From contig CAYLZN010000004.1 of assembly GCA_964387935.1 (NCBI GenBank), positions 4,231-53,294 of the forward strand: a stretch of 49,064 bases of DNA. Direction: 5' to 3'. The notes below the pieces were generated by a model. That model was not told the origin of the DNA, ran no database searches, and saw only the letters and a list, made by a program, of their open reading frames with translations. The position numbers and the translations under genes were made by a program. This DNA comes from an uncultured Vicinamibacteraceae bacterium (lineage in GTDB: Bacteria > Acidobacteriota > Vicinamibacteria > Vicinamibacterales > JAFNAJ01). Below, piece by piece: positions 8,497 through 17,584 of this stretch. Positions within the stretch are counted from its first letter, which is position 1. Every line of letters starts with the position of its first letter.

Positions 8497-8636
8497 CAGC
8501 CTTGGGCCTTGGGCCATGGGCCATGGGCCTTGGGCCTTGGGCCTTGCGCCTTGGGCCTTGCGCCTTGCGCCTTGGGCCTTGGGCCTTGCGCCTTGGGCCT
8601 TGGGCCTTGGGCCTTGCGCCTTGGGCCTTGCGCCCG
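8497..8636. repeat. Tandem heptanucleotide array: 18 complete units of G(G/C)GCC(T/A)T plus degenerate flanking units
   Basis: Direct reading of 8504-8629 gives 18 x 7 nt: 11 GGGCCTT, 5 GCGCCTT and 2 GGGCCAT. Degenerate units CAGCCTT (8497-8503) and GCGCCCG (8630-8636) flank the array. It lies between the kinase stop (8641) and the next minus-strand start (8424). Confidence 0.95.
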
Positions 8637-8640
8637 CATT

Positions 8641-9723
8641 TCAGCGCTGGATGCGGGCGGACCCCCCGGCGGCAAATGCCCTGACCTGCTCGACGGTGGC
8701 CATGGTCGTATCACCCGGGAAGGTCGTCAGGAGGGCCCCGTGAGCCCAGCCGAGCTTGACGGCATCTTCGATCGGCACGCCGGTCAGGAGGCCGTAGAAC
8801 AGGCCGGACGCGAAGCCGTCGCCGCCCCCCACCCGGTCCCAGACGTCGAGTTCGCAGGTGGGTGCCACGTGGGATTGTCCCCCTGCCCACGTGACGGCTC
8901 CCCACGTGTGGCGGTTGGTCGAGTGCACCTCGCGCAGCGTGGTGGCCACGATCTTGATCTGGGGGAACTTCTCGAGGACGCGGTCGATCATGGCGAAGAA
9001 CACGCTCGGGTCCAGCTTGGAGGTTGCGCCGACCGCGGGCCCCGGGATGCCCAATCCCTGCTGCAGGTCCTCTTCGTTCCCGACGAGCACGTCGACGTAC
9101 TTCACGATGCCCGCGAGGATCTCGACGTGGCGGTCGCGATTGCCCGACGCGCCCCAGAGTTTCGCCCGGTAGTTCAGGTCGAAGGAGACCACCGCTCCCG
9201 CCGCCCTGGCGGCCTGCATGGCCTCGGCGACGAGCGCCGCCGTCGTGTCGGACAGGGACGCGAAGATGCCGCCGCTGTGAAACCAGCGTACGCCGCGCGC
9301 GAAGAGGGCCGACCAGTCGAAGTCGCCGGGCTTCAGGAGCGCCGCGGCCTCCTGGCTCCGGTTGTAGAAGACCACAGGCGCCCGCACGCCGAACCCGCGG
9401 TCGCTGTACACCGTGGCCATGTTCGGGCCCCGCACGCCGTCGTGCGTGAAGCGCTTGTAGAAGGCCTGGACCCCCATGCCCCGCACGCGCTCCGCGATGA
9501 GATCGCCGATCGGATAGTCCACCATCGCGCTCGCCAGGCCCGTACGCAGCCGGAAGCAATCCGCGAGGTTGGCCGCGACGTTGAACTCGCCGCCGCTGAC
9601 GTGAATGGCGCACGACGCCGCCTTGCGGAAGGGAACGTTGCCCGGATCGAGCCGGTGCACGAGCGCGCCGAGCGACAGCAGATCGAGGGCGCCTTCCTTC
9701 GGGACAGCGAGAGATGCGGTCAT
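8641..9723 (-). CDS. PfkB-family sugar/sugar-acid kinase (2-dehydro-3-deoxygluconokinase-like)
   Basis: The ATG at 9721-9723 gives MTASLAVPKEGALDLLSLGALVHRLDP... The C-terminal anion-hole/ATP motif DRVGGGDGFASGLFYGLL is typical of ribokinase/PfkB kinases such as KdgK. The upstream 126 aa of the track ORF overlap gnd and were rejected. Confidence 0.8.
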   Translation of the reverse strand: MTASLAVPKEGALDLLSLGALVHRLDPGNVPFRKAASCAIHVSGGEFNVAANLADCFRLRTGLASAMVDYPIGDLIAERVRGMGVQAFYKRFTHDGVRGPNMATVYSDRGFGVRAPVVFYNRSQEAAALLKPGDFDWSALFARGVRWFHSGGIFASLSDTTAALVAEAMQAARAAGAVVSFDLNYRAKLWGASGNRDRHVEILAGIVKYVDVLVGNEEDLQQGLGIPGPAVGATSKLDPSVFFAMIDRVLEKFPQIKIVATTLREVHSTNRHTWGAVTWAGGQSHVAPTCELDVWDRVGGGDGFASGLFYGLLTGVPIEDAVKLGWAHGALLTTFPGDTTMATVEQVRAFAAGGSARIQR

Positions 9724-9778
9724 CGGGGTCTCCTGCGGCGGGCCGATCCGCTGGAACCGGCCTGCTGAACGATCGCGC

Positions 9779-11185
9779 CTACATCCAGTCGGTGTGGAAC
9801 ACGCCCTCGCGATCCACGCGTCGGTAGGTGTGGGCGCCGAAGTAGTCGCGCTGCGCCTGCGTGAGGTTCGCGGGCAGCCGCTCGCTCCGATACGCGTCGA
9901 AGTAGGCCAGCGCGCTGCCGAGCGCCAGGACGGGGATGCCCAGCTCCACGGCGGTCTGCACGACGAACCGCCAGGCAGCCTGCCGGCTCTCGATGGCCTC
10001 CCGGAAGACATCGTCGAGGAGGAGGTTGGCGAGCGCCGGGTCCCGCCGGAACGCGGCCATGATGTCGCCGAGCAGGGCCGCGCGGATGATGCAGCCGGCA
10101 CGCCAGATCTTGGCGATGTCCCCCGGCACGAGGTCGTAGCGGTATTCGTCGGAGGCCAGGCGCAGCAGGGCCAGCCCCTGCGCGTACGAGGTGATCTTGC
10201 TGGCGTAGAGCGCGTCGCGGGCGGCCCCGATCAGCCGCGCACGCGGGCCCTGATACGTGCCCGACGGTCCCCGGAGCCGCCGGCTCGCGTTGACCCGCTG
10301 CGGCTTGAGCGCCGACAGGATCCGGCTCTCCACTGCCGCGTTGATCGTCGGGATGGGGGCCCCGACGTCGAGCGCGTTCTGACTCGTCCACTTGCCGGTG
10401 CCCTTCTGCTGCGCCTCGTCCAGGATGACATCCACGAGGGGCGCGCCGGTCTCCGGGTCCACCTTCGTGAAGATGTCGGCCGTGATCTCGATCAGGTACG
10501 ACTTCAGCTCGCCGCCGTTCCACTCCGCGAACACCCCGTGCAGCTCCGAGGCCGTCAGCCCGAGCCCGCGGTGCAGCAGGTCGTAGGTCTCGGCGATGAG
10601 CTGCATGTCCCCGTACTCGATGCCGTTGTGCACCATCTTCACGTAGTGCCCGGCGCCGCGCGGCCCCATGTACTCGACGCAGGGCTCGCCGTCCTCGGCG
10701 CGCGCCGCGATGGCCCGGAAGACCGGCGCCACGGCCTCCCACGCCTCGCGCTGTCCGCCCGGCATGATGCTGGGCCCGCGCAACGCGCCCTCCTCGCCGC
10801 CCGAGACCCCCGTGCCGATGTAGTGGAACCCGGCAGCGGCCAGGGCCTCGTTGCGCCGGTCGGTGTCCTTGAACAGCGAGTTGCCGCCGTCGATCAGGAT
10901 GTCGCCGCGCTCCAGGTGCGGCTGCAGGTGCGCGATCGCGCTGTCCACGGGCTGGCCGGCCGGCACCATCATGAGGACGCGGCGCGGCCGTTCGAGCAAC
11001 TCCATGAGATGAGCGGGCGAGGTGGCCCCGCTCACCGCCTTGCCGGCGGCAGGCCCGCGCAGGAAGGCATCCACCTTGGCGGCGTCCAGATCGTAGCCCG
11101 CGACCGGAAACCCGTGACGCTCCATGTTGAGCGCGAGATTGCTGCCCATCACGCCCAGCCCGACGACGCCGATCTTGTGCGACAT
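9779..11185 (-). CDS. gnd: 6-phosphogluconate dehydrogenase (decarboxylating)
   Basis: 468 aa. Contains the N-terminal Rossmann motif IGVVGLGVMGSNLALNM. The rest is diagnostic over the full length: GTGVSGGEEGA, HYVKMVHNGIEYGDMQLI, ILDEAQQKGTGKW, AQRDYFGAHTY. Confidence 0.95.
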   Translation of the reverse strand: MSHKIGVVGLGVMGSNLALNMERHGFPVAGYDLDAAKVDAFLRGPAAGKAVSGATSPAHLMELLERPRRVLMMVPAGQPVDSAIAHLQPHLERGDILIDGGNSLFKDTDRRNEALAAAGFHYIGTGVSGGEEGALRGPSIMPGGQREAWEAVAPVFRAIAARAEDGEPCVEYMGPRGAGHYVKMVHNGIEYGDMQLIAETYDLLHRGLGLTASELHGVFAEWNGGELKSYLIEITADIFTKVDPETGAPLVDVILDEAQQKGTGKWTSQNALDVGAPIPTINAAVESRILSALKPQRVNASRRLRGPSGTYQGPRARLIGAARDALYASKITSYAQGLALLRLASDEYRYDLVPGDIAKIWRAGCIIRAALLGDIMAAFRRDPALANLLLDDVFREAIESRQAAWRFVVQTAVELGIPVLALGSALAYFDAYRSERLPANLTQAQRDYFGAHTYRRVDREGVFHTDWM

Positions 11186-11188
11186 TGA

Positions 11189-11237
<49 letters not shown>

Positions 11238-11244
11238 GGGAGGG

Positions 11245-12495
11245 TCAGCTGGCCGCGGCCCCGGGCCGGAGGCGATACAGCATTTCGCCGGCCCGCGGAA
11301 TCAGCACGATTCCCTCGGCCTCGCGCCCGCGCCACTCGTCGAAACGCACGCTGGACGGGTCGAGGTAGCCGAGGTTGATCCGTCGGCAGCGCGCCTCGGG
11401 GATTCCGGTCGCCAGCGTCACCTGGATCCTCGGGGTCTCACGTCCGCTGTCGCGATCGTAGTGCCCCAGACCCTTCACGTGCGTGGAATGCGCGAGCACG
11501 CCGCCCGGGTACGCGCGGAAGCGCTCCCACTGCGCGAGGAAGTAGTCCCGGCAGTGATAGCCGATCTCGTCGATCAGGGCGCCGTGGGTGTAGCTCACCT
11601 CGGTGATGTGCGGCGCGTAGATCACGACCTCCCCTCCGTCGGCGACAGCGGGCTCGAGCTTGTACATGCCCTTCGCCGCGGTCCAGAGGTCGTCGTACAT
11701 CTCCGGCATCACCGACAGCACCCGACGGAACGGTCGATTGACGTGCACGATGTGCGTACGCGCGGAGAGGGCCGCCGCCTCCTGCCACGCCCCGTGCAGC
11801 GAGCCGAAGAACAGCCCCGCGACCCCCTCGTGCGTGACCACGAGCGCGAAGCAGGACGTCGGGCGGTCGATGAGCGACGCCGCGCGGTCGATGACCGCGC
11901 GGACCGGCGTGTAACCGGACCCGATCACGTCGTAGTTGGTGATGACCGCCCCCAGCCAGTGCGTGAAGTTGATGATGTCCGTCCCGCCGATCCCGGGGAA
12001 AAAGTACTTGGAGCCACCGGAGAACCCGACGACCTCGTGCGGAAACACCGGCCCGCAGACGATCAGGTGGTCGTAGTCGAGGATGAGGCGGTTGAGCGCC
12101 ACAGGCACATCCTGGGATAGCAGGCCTCCGGTGAGCGATGAGATCTCCGCGGCCGGGATGTGCCCGAGCGTGACGAAGGTTCCGGGCAGGTCCCATCGGT
12201 GGTTGAGCACGCGGCTCCGGCCGAACCACCCGTCGGTCACCGCCTGGCCGATGAGGCGGCTCAGGTGTGCGTCGGTCATGGGTGGATGGGTGCCGAGCGC
12301 GACGAGGTAGTCGAGTGCGGCCACCCGCGCGCCGACCGCCTCCTCGAAGCAACGCACCATCAGGGGCAGCGGCATCGTCCGGGTGCCGTCGGGGACGATG
12401 AAGAGGACCCGGCGGCCGTCGAGGGCGAGGGGCGTGAGGCTGTCGCGTACCAGGCGTGCCACGTCGGCGTCCGAGAGGAACACCGGAGTCTCCAT
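11245..12495 (-). CDS. LarA-family (lactate racemase N-terminal domain / DUF2088) nickel-pincer-dependent 2-hydroxyacid racemase/epimerase homologue
   Basis: 416 aa. VALGTHPPM corresponds to the G-x-H catalytic His region. PVFPHEVVGFSGGSKYFFPGIGG corresponds to the second catalytic His and the cofactor-tethering Lys in the G-G-x-K motif. INFTHWLGA is a candidate Ni-ligand His. These motif assignments are from memory of L. plantarum LarA. Confidence 0.75.
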   Translation of the reverse strand: METPVFLSDADVARLVRDSLTPLALDGRRVLFIVPDGTRTMPLPLMVRCFEEAVGARVAALDYLVALGTHPPMTDAHLSRLIGQAVTDGWFGRSRVLNHRWDLPGTFVTLGHIPAAEISSLTGGLLSQDVPVALNRLILDYDHLIVCGPVFPHEVVGFSGGSKYFFPGIGGTDIINFTHWLGAVITNYDVIGSGYTPVRAVIDRAASLIDRPTSCFALVVTHEGVAGLFFGSLHGAWQEAAALSARTHIVHVNRPFRRVLSVMPEMYDDLWTAAKGMYKLEPAVADGGEVVIYAPHITEVSYTHGALIDEIGYHCRDYFLAQWERFRAYPGGVLAHSTHVKGLGHYDRDSGRETPRIQVTLATGIPEARCRRINLGYLDPSSVRFDEWRGREAEGIVLIPRAGEMLYRLRPGAAAS

Positions 12496-12501
12496 GATGG
12501 A

Positions 12502-13335
12502 CTACACCCCGCTGAACGCCGAGAAGCCGCCGTCGACCGGGATCACGGTGCCCGTGACGAACGCCGACGCCGGCGAGAGCAGCCACAGCGCCGGCCCGAG
12601 CAGGTCCTCCGGTTGGCCGAACCTGGCCATCGGTGTGTGGGAGATGATCGCGCGGCCCCGCGGGGTCAGGTCGCCCGTCTGCTCGTCGGTGAGCAGGAAA
12701 CGGTTCTGCCTGGTGAAGAAGAAGCCCGGCGCGAGCGCGTTGACCCGGATGCGCGGCGAGTACTCCTGCGCGACGTGCACGGCGAGCCACTGGGTGAAGT
12801 TGCCGACGCCGGCCTTCGCGGCCGCGTAAGCCGGAATGCGGGTCAAGGGCCGGAAGGCGGCCATCGACGAGATGTTGAGCACGACGCCTTCACCCCGTGC
12901 CGCCATGAGTCGGCCGAACACCTGGCACGGCAGGATCGTGCCGAGCAGGTTCAGGTCGAAGGCCCAGCGCAGGGCGTCCGCCGGCAGGTCGAAGAACGAA
13001 CGCTCGGGGCTCGTCGTGGCCTCGGGCCGGTTGCCTCCGGCGGCGTTCACGAGCGCGTCCACGTGCGTGAACTGATCGACGATCAGTGCGGCGGCGCGCT
13101 CGAGCGACGCCCTGTCCAGGACGTCGGCGTGCAGGGTGACGGCGCGGGACGCGGCCGGCCCCATGAGGTCCAGGATGCCCTTCGCGGGGTCGAGATTGCG
13201 GTCGAGCATCGCGACGTGTGCGCCGCAGCCGACCAGCGCGCACGCGATCTCACCGCCGAGGACGCCCGTGGCCCCGGTGATCACGACGGTCTTGTTCGTG
13301 AAGTCGTACTGTGAGGTCAACTCGCCGAGATTCAT
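12502..13335 (-). CDS. Short-chain dehydrogenase/reductase, D-mannonate/fructuronate oxidoreductase-like
   Basis: The ATG at 13333-13335 gives MNLGELTSQYDFTNKTVVITGATGVLGGEI (TGxxxGxG). The catalytic Y-x-x-x-K is present as PAYAAAK, with NAAG upstream. The start overlaps the uxaE stop (ATGA). Confidence 0.8.
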   Translation of the reverse strand: MNLGELTSQYDFTNKTVVITGATGVLGGEIACALVGCGAHVAMLDRNLDPAKGILDLMGPAASRAVTLHADVLDRASLERAAALIVDQFTHVDALVNAAGGNRPEATTSPERSFFDLPADALRWAFDLNLLGTILPCQVFGRLMAARGEGVVLNISSMAAFRPLTRIPAYAAAKAGVGNFTQWLAVHVAQEYSPRIRVNALAPGFFFTRQNRFLLTDEQTGDLTPRGRAIISHTPMARFGQPEDLLGPALWLLSPASAFVTGTVIPVDGGFSAFSGV

Positions 13336-14834
13336 GGGGCCCCGACCACGAACGCCGCGAAGGGCTGAAGGTGCTTCACGAAGTGCTGCTCCAGGCAGGC
13401 GGCATAGGCGTCCGGATTGGCCTCGAGCACCGCGCGCAGTCGGTCGGCAAAGCGCGGCTCTTCGCCCTCCCGCGCGGTGAGGACCGACCCGAACGTGACG
13501 TGCAGGATTTCCCGCGCATCGAACTGTTCCAGGAGGTCGGGCAGGTGTGCGACGTCGAGCGTCCCGGGAGCGGGCGCGCGTTCGAGCCTCGCAGACACGT
13601 GATAGCTGGCCCGATCGGTCTCGTACTGGTCGCGCGAGAACGCGTAGATCTCGCGGAACAACGCGGGCGCGAGCGACGCGAGGGTGCGGAGGGCCTCCAG
13701 GTAGCTGGTCCCGGCCGTCTTGAGGTGCACGAGGCCCCGCGTCGTGGCTGCGGCCAGCGGGTAGACGCTGAACTTGTCGGATCCCGAGTGCAGGCTCAGT
13801 TTGTACGGCCCGAACTGGCGGGCGATCGCCGCATGCATGGCGAGATCGGCCTCGAGCGCGGCCAGGTCGCCCACGTAGTCGACCCCTTTCTCGAACGTGC
13901 CGACATAGCGGGGCGCCAGGCTGACCCACCGCACGTCGAGGCGTCGCAGTTCTGTGGCGATGAACACGTGCTCCAGGTGCGACGTCGGCGTGTCCGTCTC
14001 ATCGACGGAGACTTCGAGCTCGAACGCCTCGCGGGGCGCCACGCGCGAGAGGTGACGGAACATGCCGGCCACGTGTGCGATGGCGCCGGCATACTTCGCG
14101 GCCGCGCGGGCGAGCGCGTCCTCATCGAACGCGATCGTCGCGCCTTCGATGTCGAACGCCCGGCCAAGGTAGCGCGCGCGCAGGCCGGCCCAGGTGTCCT
14201 CGAGATCGGCCCACGGCAGCGCCGCGACGGCCGCGGTCACCTGCGCGGCGCCGGCGGTGTCGGCGGCACTCCACACGTGCGCGCCCGGATCGATCGTGAA
14301 CAGCGTGAACCCCGCGGCCAGACAGGCGTCGATGTCGGCGGTGGTCTTCAGGTGGTCGGCATCCGCGCCCTGGTCCCCGCGCCAGCCCGCCTCGAACGCG
14401 CCCCAGGTGGCCGCATCGAGGACCTGCTGCGGACTCCGCCCCGTCCGGGTCATCTCTCGAATCGACTGCTGTGCGAAGACCGGGGCGATGCCCGCCCCCG
14501 CGCGGCGGACCGCCCGCACGTGCCCCGGCGTGGCGAGCCCCAGCCGGTCGCCGAGACCCGCCGACGTCCGCAGGCCGAGCGGCCTGGGTGTCAGCCAGGG
14601 AACATGCCGCCGCAGCGCCGCCGCGTTTGGTGCAGTGAGCGGGGCGATGAGCAGCGTCCCGTCGTCTTTCGGACACCGCTCCCCGGCGAAATCGGCAAAC
14701 GCGCAGGGCGCGCCCGGCGACAACCCGATCAGCCGCGGGCCCGTTCCTGTCCGGGCGAAGGCCCATTGGATGTCCCCTGCGTCGGCAACCGACGCCGGCG
14801 CGACCTCGAGTGCGGAGTTGGCAATGGCGAGCAT
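13332..14834 (-). CDS. uxaE: Tagaturonate/fructuronate epimerase family protein
   Basis: 500 aa. Full-length resemblance to the UxaE family: ..FAQQSIREMTRTGRSPQQVLD.., ..DADHLKT.., ..ELEVSVDETDTPTS.., ..KLSLHSGSDKFSVYP.., ..HLKTAGTSYLEALR.. The context is a pectin/hexuronate locus. Confidence 0.7.
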   Translation of the reverse strand: MLAIANSALEVAPASVADAGDIQWAFARTGTGPRLIGLSPGAPCAFADFAGERCPKDDGTLLIAPLTAPNAAALRRHVPWLTPRPLGLRTSAGLGDRLGLATPGHVRAVRRAGAGIAPVFAQQSIREMTRTGRSPQQVLDAATWGAFEAGWRGDQGADADHLKTTADIDACLAAGFTLFTIDPGAHVWSAADTAGAAQVTAAVAALPWADLEDTWAGLRARYLGRAFDIEGATIAFDEDALARAAAKYAGAIAHVAGMFRHLSRVAPREAFELEVSVDETDTPTSHLEHVFIATELRRLDVRWVSLAPRYVGTFEKGVDYVGDLAALEADLAMHAAIARQFGPYKLSLHSGSDKFSVYPLAAATTRGLVHLKTAGTSYLEALRTLASLAPALFREIYAFSRDQYETDRASYHVSARLERAPAPGTLDVAHLPDLLEQFDAREILHVTFGSVLTAREGEEPRFADRLRAVLEANPDAYAACLEQHFVKHLQPFAAFVVGAP

Positions 14835-14964
14835 GCGTCAACGTCCCCCTGGAACCGGCCCTGTGCGCGAGGCTTGGCTCTGGTGACTGTCGGCGTCCGG
14901 ACCCGCCCCGCACTCGGCTCCGGCATGCCCGGAGGCGAGCGGGGCGAGTCGGAGCCTGACATAA

Positions 14965-14997
14965 GAGGTCATACCACTTTACCAAGCTTGGAGTCAA
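14965..14997 (-). promoter_or_regulatory. Candidate promoter of the uxaE operon with an overlapping FadR-like operator
   Basis: On the minus strand: TTGACT (plus 14992-14997), an 18-nt spacer, then TATGAC (plus 14968-14973). The spacer contains the perfect palindrome CCAAGCTTGG (14982-14991). The 18-nt motif GAGGTCATACCACTTTAC (14965-14982, core aGGTcatACCA) overlaps the -10. Confidence 0.4.
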
Positions 14998-15016
14998 GAG
15001 GAGTGACTTATCACCT

Positions 15017-16207
15017 TCACCTCGCGCCCGGGCGCACCGCCACCTCGACCGGCGACCGCACCCGCGCCGTCGCCGCCGCCAGGCGCGCGTCCCAGGCCGC
15101 CACGTCGGCCACGTATCCCCCGCGATCCCAGGCCGAGCCCGCGTAGTACGACGCGACTCCGTCCGGCCCCACGGCGCCCACCAGCAGGACGTTGCCGTCG
15201 GCCTCGGCCGGCGCCTCCACGAGCACCGCGGGGTCGAGGATCACGCCGCACCCCAGATGCCCGTTCTCGGCGGTATCGCGAAATGGCTCCCATGTGCGCA
15301 GCACGCCGAGTTGACGCTGCACGTCGACCACCGACGCCGCGTTCCGGCGGATGCCCACGCCGTGCAGCAACGACCGCGGCTTGCCGTGAATCGTGTAGCG
15401 ACTCTCGAAGCGGTTCAGGTGGTGTCCGGCATCCAGCGTGATGCGCTTGACCTCACTGAGAGTGACCCCGTTGGCATCCCAGGGCTCGTACACCAGCTCG
15501 AACATCACGCGGATGGGACCGTTCGCGATGACCCGCGATCGGCGGAAGTTGTTCGACGGCGCGAGGCGCCCGCCAACCCACGGCGCATTCCCGCCACAGC
15601 CCCGCGTGCGCCCCACGGAGTAGAGATCCGCGCCCTCCCCGGTGTCGCGATGGTAATCATCGACGAGGTACCAGTCGTTGATCACCAGCCGCGGCGTGCG
15701 CTTCACCCAGACGTCGATACCGCTGCTCGTCAGCGGTTCCTGCACCCAGGTCTCGAGCGCCTGGCCATACATCCGGTGGGCGACCCGGTCGTTCTCCCAC
15801 GCGAAATCGTCGCGGCGCTCGCGCACGAACCGGCCGTAGGCCCGGTAGTCCTCGAGCCGGGCGATCCGCCGCTCTCCGACCGACAAGCTGAACGTACGCG
15901 TCTCGCCGGGCGCCAGGTCCGCCTGGAACACCAGCTCATCGAACGTCCCATCGTCGTCGAGGTCCACGGCCTGCGCGAGCAGGTCACGACCCTGGGACGC
16001 ATCCTGCACCCTGACACGCCGGAGGTCGTCGATCGCCAGCGACGACCGCAGCTCGGCGGCCCGCACGACCACGGTCTCCGATGGCCGGGCCTGGTTCAGC
16101 GGGTTTGTGACAGAGACCACGGCCGTGGGAACCTGCGCGGTGGGCAGGCCGGCAGCCAGAACGAGCCCGGCTGCCAGGGCCAGAGCGGAAAGCATCCATC
16201 GGGACAT
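15017..16207 (-). CDS. DUF4861-like secreted protein of unknown function (associated with pectin loci)
   Basis: The start was chosen at ATG 16205-16207 (MSRWMLSALALAAGLVLAAGLPTAQV signal peptide). Conserved-looking blocks are ..FAWENDRVAHRMYG.., ..GIDVWVKR.., ..DLYSVG.TRGCGG.. Assignment to DUF4861 is by recollection of that family. Confidence 0.6.
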   Translation of the reverse strand: MSRWMLSALALAAGLVLAAGLPTAQVPTAVVSVTNPLNQARPSETVVVRAAELRSSLAIDDLRRVRVQDASQGRDLLAQAVDLDDDGTFDELVFQADLAPGETRTFSLSVGERRIARLEDYRAYGRFVRERRDDFAWENDRVAHRMYGQALETWVQEPLTSSGIDVWVKRTPRLVINDWYLVDDYHRDTGEGADLYSVGRTRGCGGNAPWVGGRLAPSNNFRRSRVIANGPIRVMFELVYEPWDANGVTLSEVKRITLDAGHHLNRFESRYTIHGKPRSLLHGVGIRRNAASVVDVQRQLGVLRTWEPFRDTAENGHLGCGVILDPAVLVEAPAEADGNVLLVGAVGPDGVASYYAGSAWDRGGYVADVAAWDARLAAATARVRSPVEVAVRPGAR

Positions 16208-16322
16208 GACCGTACTCCAGGAAGCGCCGAGACTCGTGCGTCGGGTTGGCCGGGCTCGGTCCCCGGATCGGCGCGATGCCCGGCGTTCAGTGGATATCAT
16301 AGGTGATGGTCTCGCGCAAGAA

Positions 16323-16341
16323 GTGGTAATGCCACTATACT
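16323..16341 (+). promoter_or_regulatory. FadR-like operator overlapping a TATACT -10 element upstream of the GH105 gene
   Basis: GTGGTAATGCCACTATAC (16323-16340) contains the inverted repeat GTGG-N5-CCAC. TATACT lies at 16336-16341, 31 nt upstream of the ATG at 16373, and AGGAGG lies at 16360-16365. Confidence 0.4.
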
Positions 16342-16372
16342 TGGCTAGATCAGATCGCCAGGAGGAACCCCG

Positions 16373-17578
16373 ATGACGTCCTGCCGCCTCGTGGTTGTTG
16401 CGACCCTGTTGCCCGCCTTCGCGCTGGCCGCCTCCCCCGTCGGGTCACAGTCCAGCCAGCCCCCGTGGTCCGTGCGAATGGCGGACGCCGAACTGGCACG
16501 CCATCCGGATCCCATGCTGCAGGACTCCGCCGCGCCGAAGTGGGACTACACGCAGGGGCTCATCTTCAGCGCGATGCTGGCCACGTGGCGGGCGACTGGC
16601 GACGAGCGGTACTGGACCTACGCCAGGAAGTACTACGACGGCATGATCGACGCCGAGGGCCGCATCCGCACCTACGACCTGCGCGAGTTCAACCTCGATC
16701 GTCTCAACTCGGGCAAGGCGCTCATGGAGATCCATGCCCGGACGCCAGAGCCCCGCTATCGCCAGGCCCTCGACCAGCTCCGCCAGCAGCTGCGCGAGCA
16801 TCCGAGGACCAGCGAGGGGGGATTCTGGCACAAGGAACGATACCCCTCCCAGATGTGGCTCGACGGTCTCTACATGGGCGCCACCTTCCTGGCCCAGTAC
16901 GCCGCCACGTTCAACGAACCGTCGGCATTCGACGACGTGATCACGCAGTTCGTCCTCATGGAGCAACACGCGCGAGACGCGAAGACCGGGCTCCTGTACC
17001 ACGCCTGGGACGAGAAACGTGCGCAGAAGTGGGCGAACCCGGCGACGGGTCTGTCGCCGAACTTCTGGGGCCGCGCCGTCGGCTGGTACGGCATGGCGCT
17101 GGTCGACACCCTGGACTTCATTCCCGAGACGCACCCGCGACGCGGCGAGCTGGTGGCCATTCTGCAGCGGCTCGCGCAGGCGGTCGTCAAGGTGCAGGAT
17201 CCGAAGAGCGGCGCCTGGTATCAGGTGCTCGACCAGGGATCCCGGGAGGGCAATTACCTCGAGGCCTCGGTGTCGGCGATGCTCGCCTACGCGCTGCTCA
17301 AGGGTGCGCGGAAGGGGTACCTCGACCGCGAATTCGCCGAAGCCGGGCGCAGAGCCTACGATGGCCTCCTGCGGGAGTTCATCACGACCGCCCCTGGCGG
17401 CGGCGTCACCATCGCGCCGGTGTGCCAGGTCGCGGGGCTCGGCAACGACCCGGGCCGCGGCGTGTATCGAGACGGCACGTTCGAGTACTACGTGAACGAA
17501 CGCAGGCGGGACAACGATCCCAAGGCTGTCGGTCCGTTCATCTTCGCCAGCCTCGAGGCTGAAGGCCGGGGACGGTGA
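16373..17578 (+). CDS. GH105 unsaturated rhamnogalacturonyl hydrolase (YteR/YesR-like)
   Basis: 401 aa with a signal peptide. WDYTQGLIF, GGFWHKERYPSQMWLDGLYMG, LLYHAWDE and FWGRAVGWY are typical of the GH88/GH105 (alpha/alpha)6 fold. Confidence 0.85.
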   Translation: MTSCRLVVVATLLPAFALAASPVGSQSSQPPWSVRMADAELARHPDPMLQDSAAPKWDYTQGLIFSAMLATWRATGDERYWTYARKYYDGMIDAEGRIRTYDLREFNLDRLNSGKALMEIHARTPEPRYRQALDQLRQQLREHPRTSEGGFWHKERYPSQMWLDGLYMGATFLAQYAATFNEPSAFDDVITQFVLMEQHARDAKTGLLYHAWDEKRAQKWANPATGLSPNFWGRAVGWYGMALVDTLDFIPETHPRRGELVAILQRLAQAVVKVQDPKSGAWYQVLDQGSREGNYLEASVSAMLAYALLKGARKGYLDREFAEAGRRAYDGLLREFITTAPGGGVTIAPVCQVAGLGNDPGRGVYRDGTFEYYVNERRRDNDPKAVGPFIFASLEAEGRGR

Positions 17579-17584
17579 AACAGC

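Noticed and set aside
8497-8636. The possibility that the repeat arrays (8497-8636, 11189-11237, 30426-30467) are CRISPR arrays.
   Set aside because: The units are 7 nt, directly abutting with no unique spacers, and no cas genes are present. These are simple tandem repeats.
8433-8714. ORFs reading through the heptamer array: 8433..8714(-), 8502..8684(+), the 5' part of 8509..9768(+), and the 8517 start of the LolA-like ORF. They encode GLGPWAL/KAQGPRP-type 7-aa repeats.
   Set aside because: A 7-nt tandem repeat is open in all frames on both strands and automatically yields 7-aa periodic peptides. There is no frame-specific codon bias, and the flanking parts overlap real genes.
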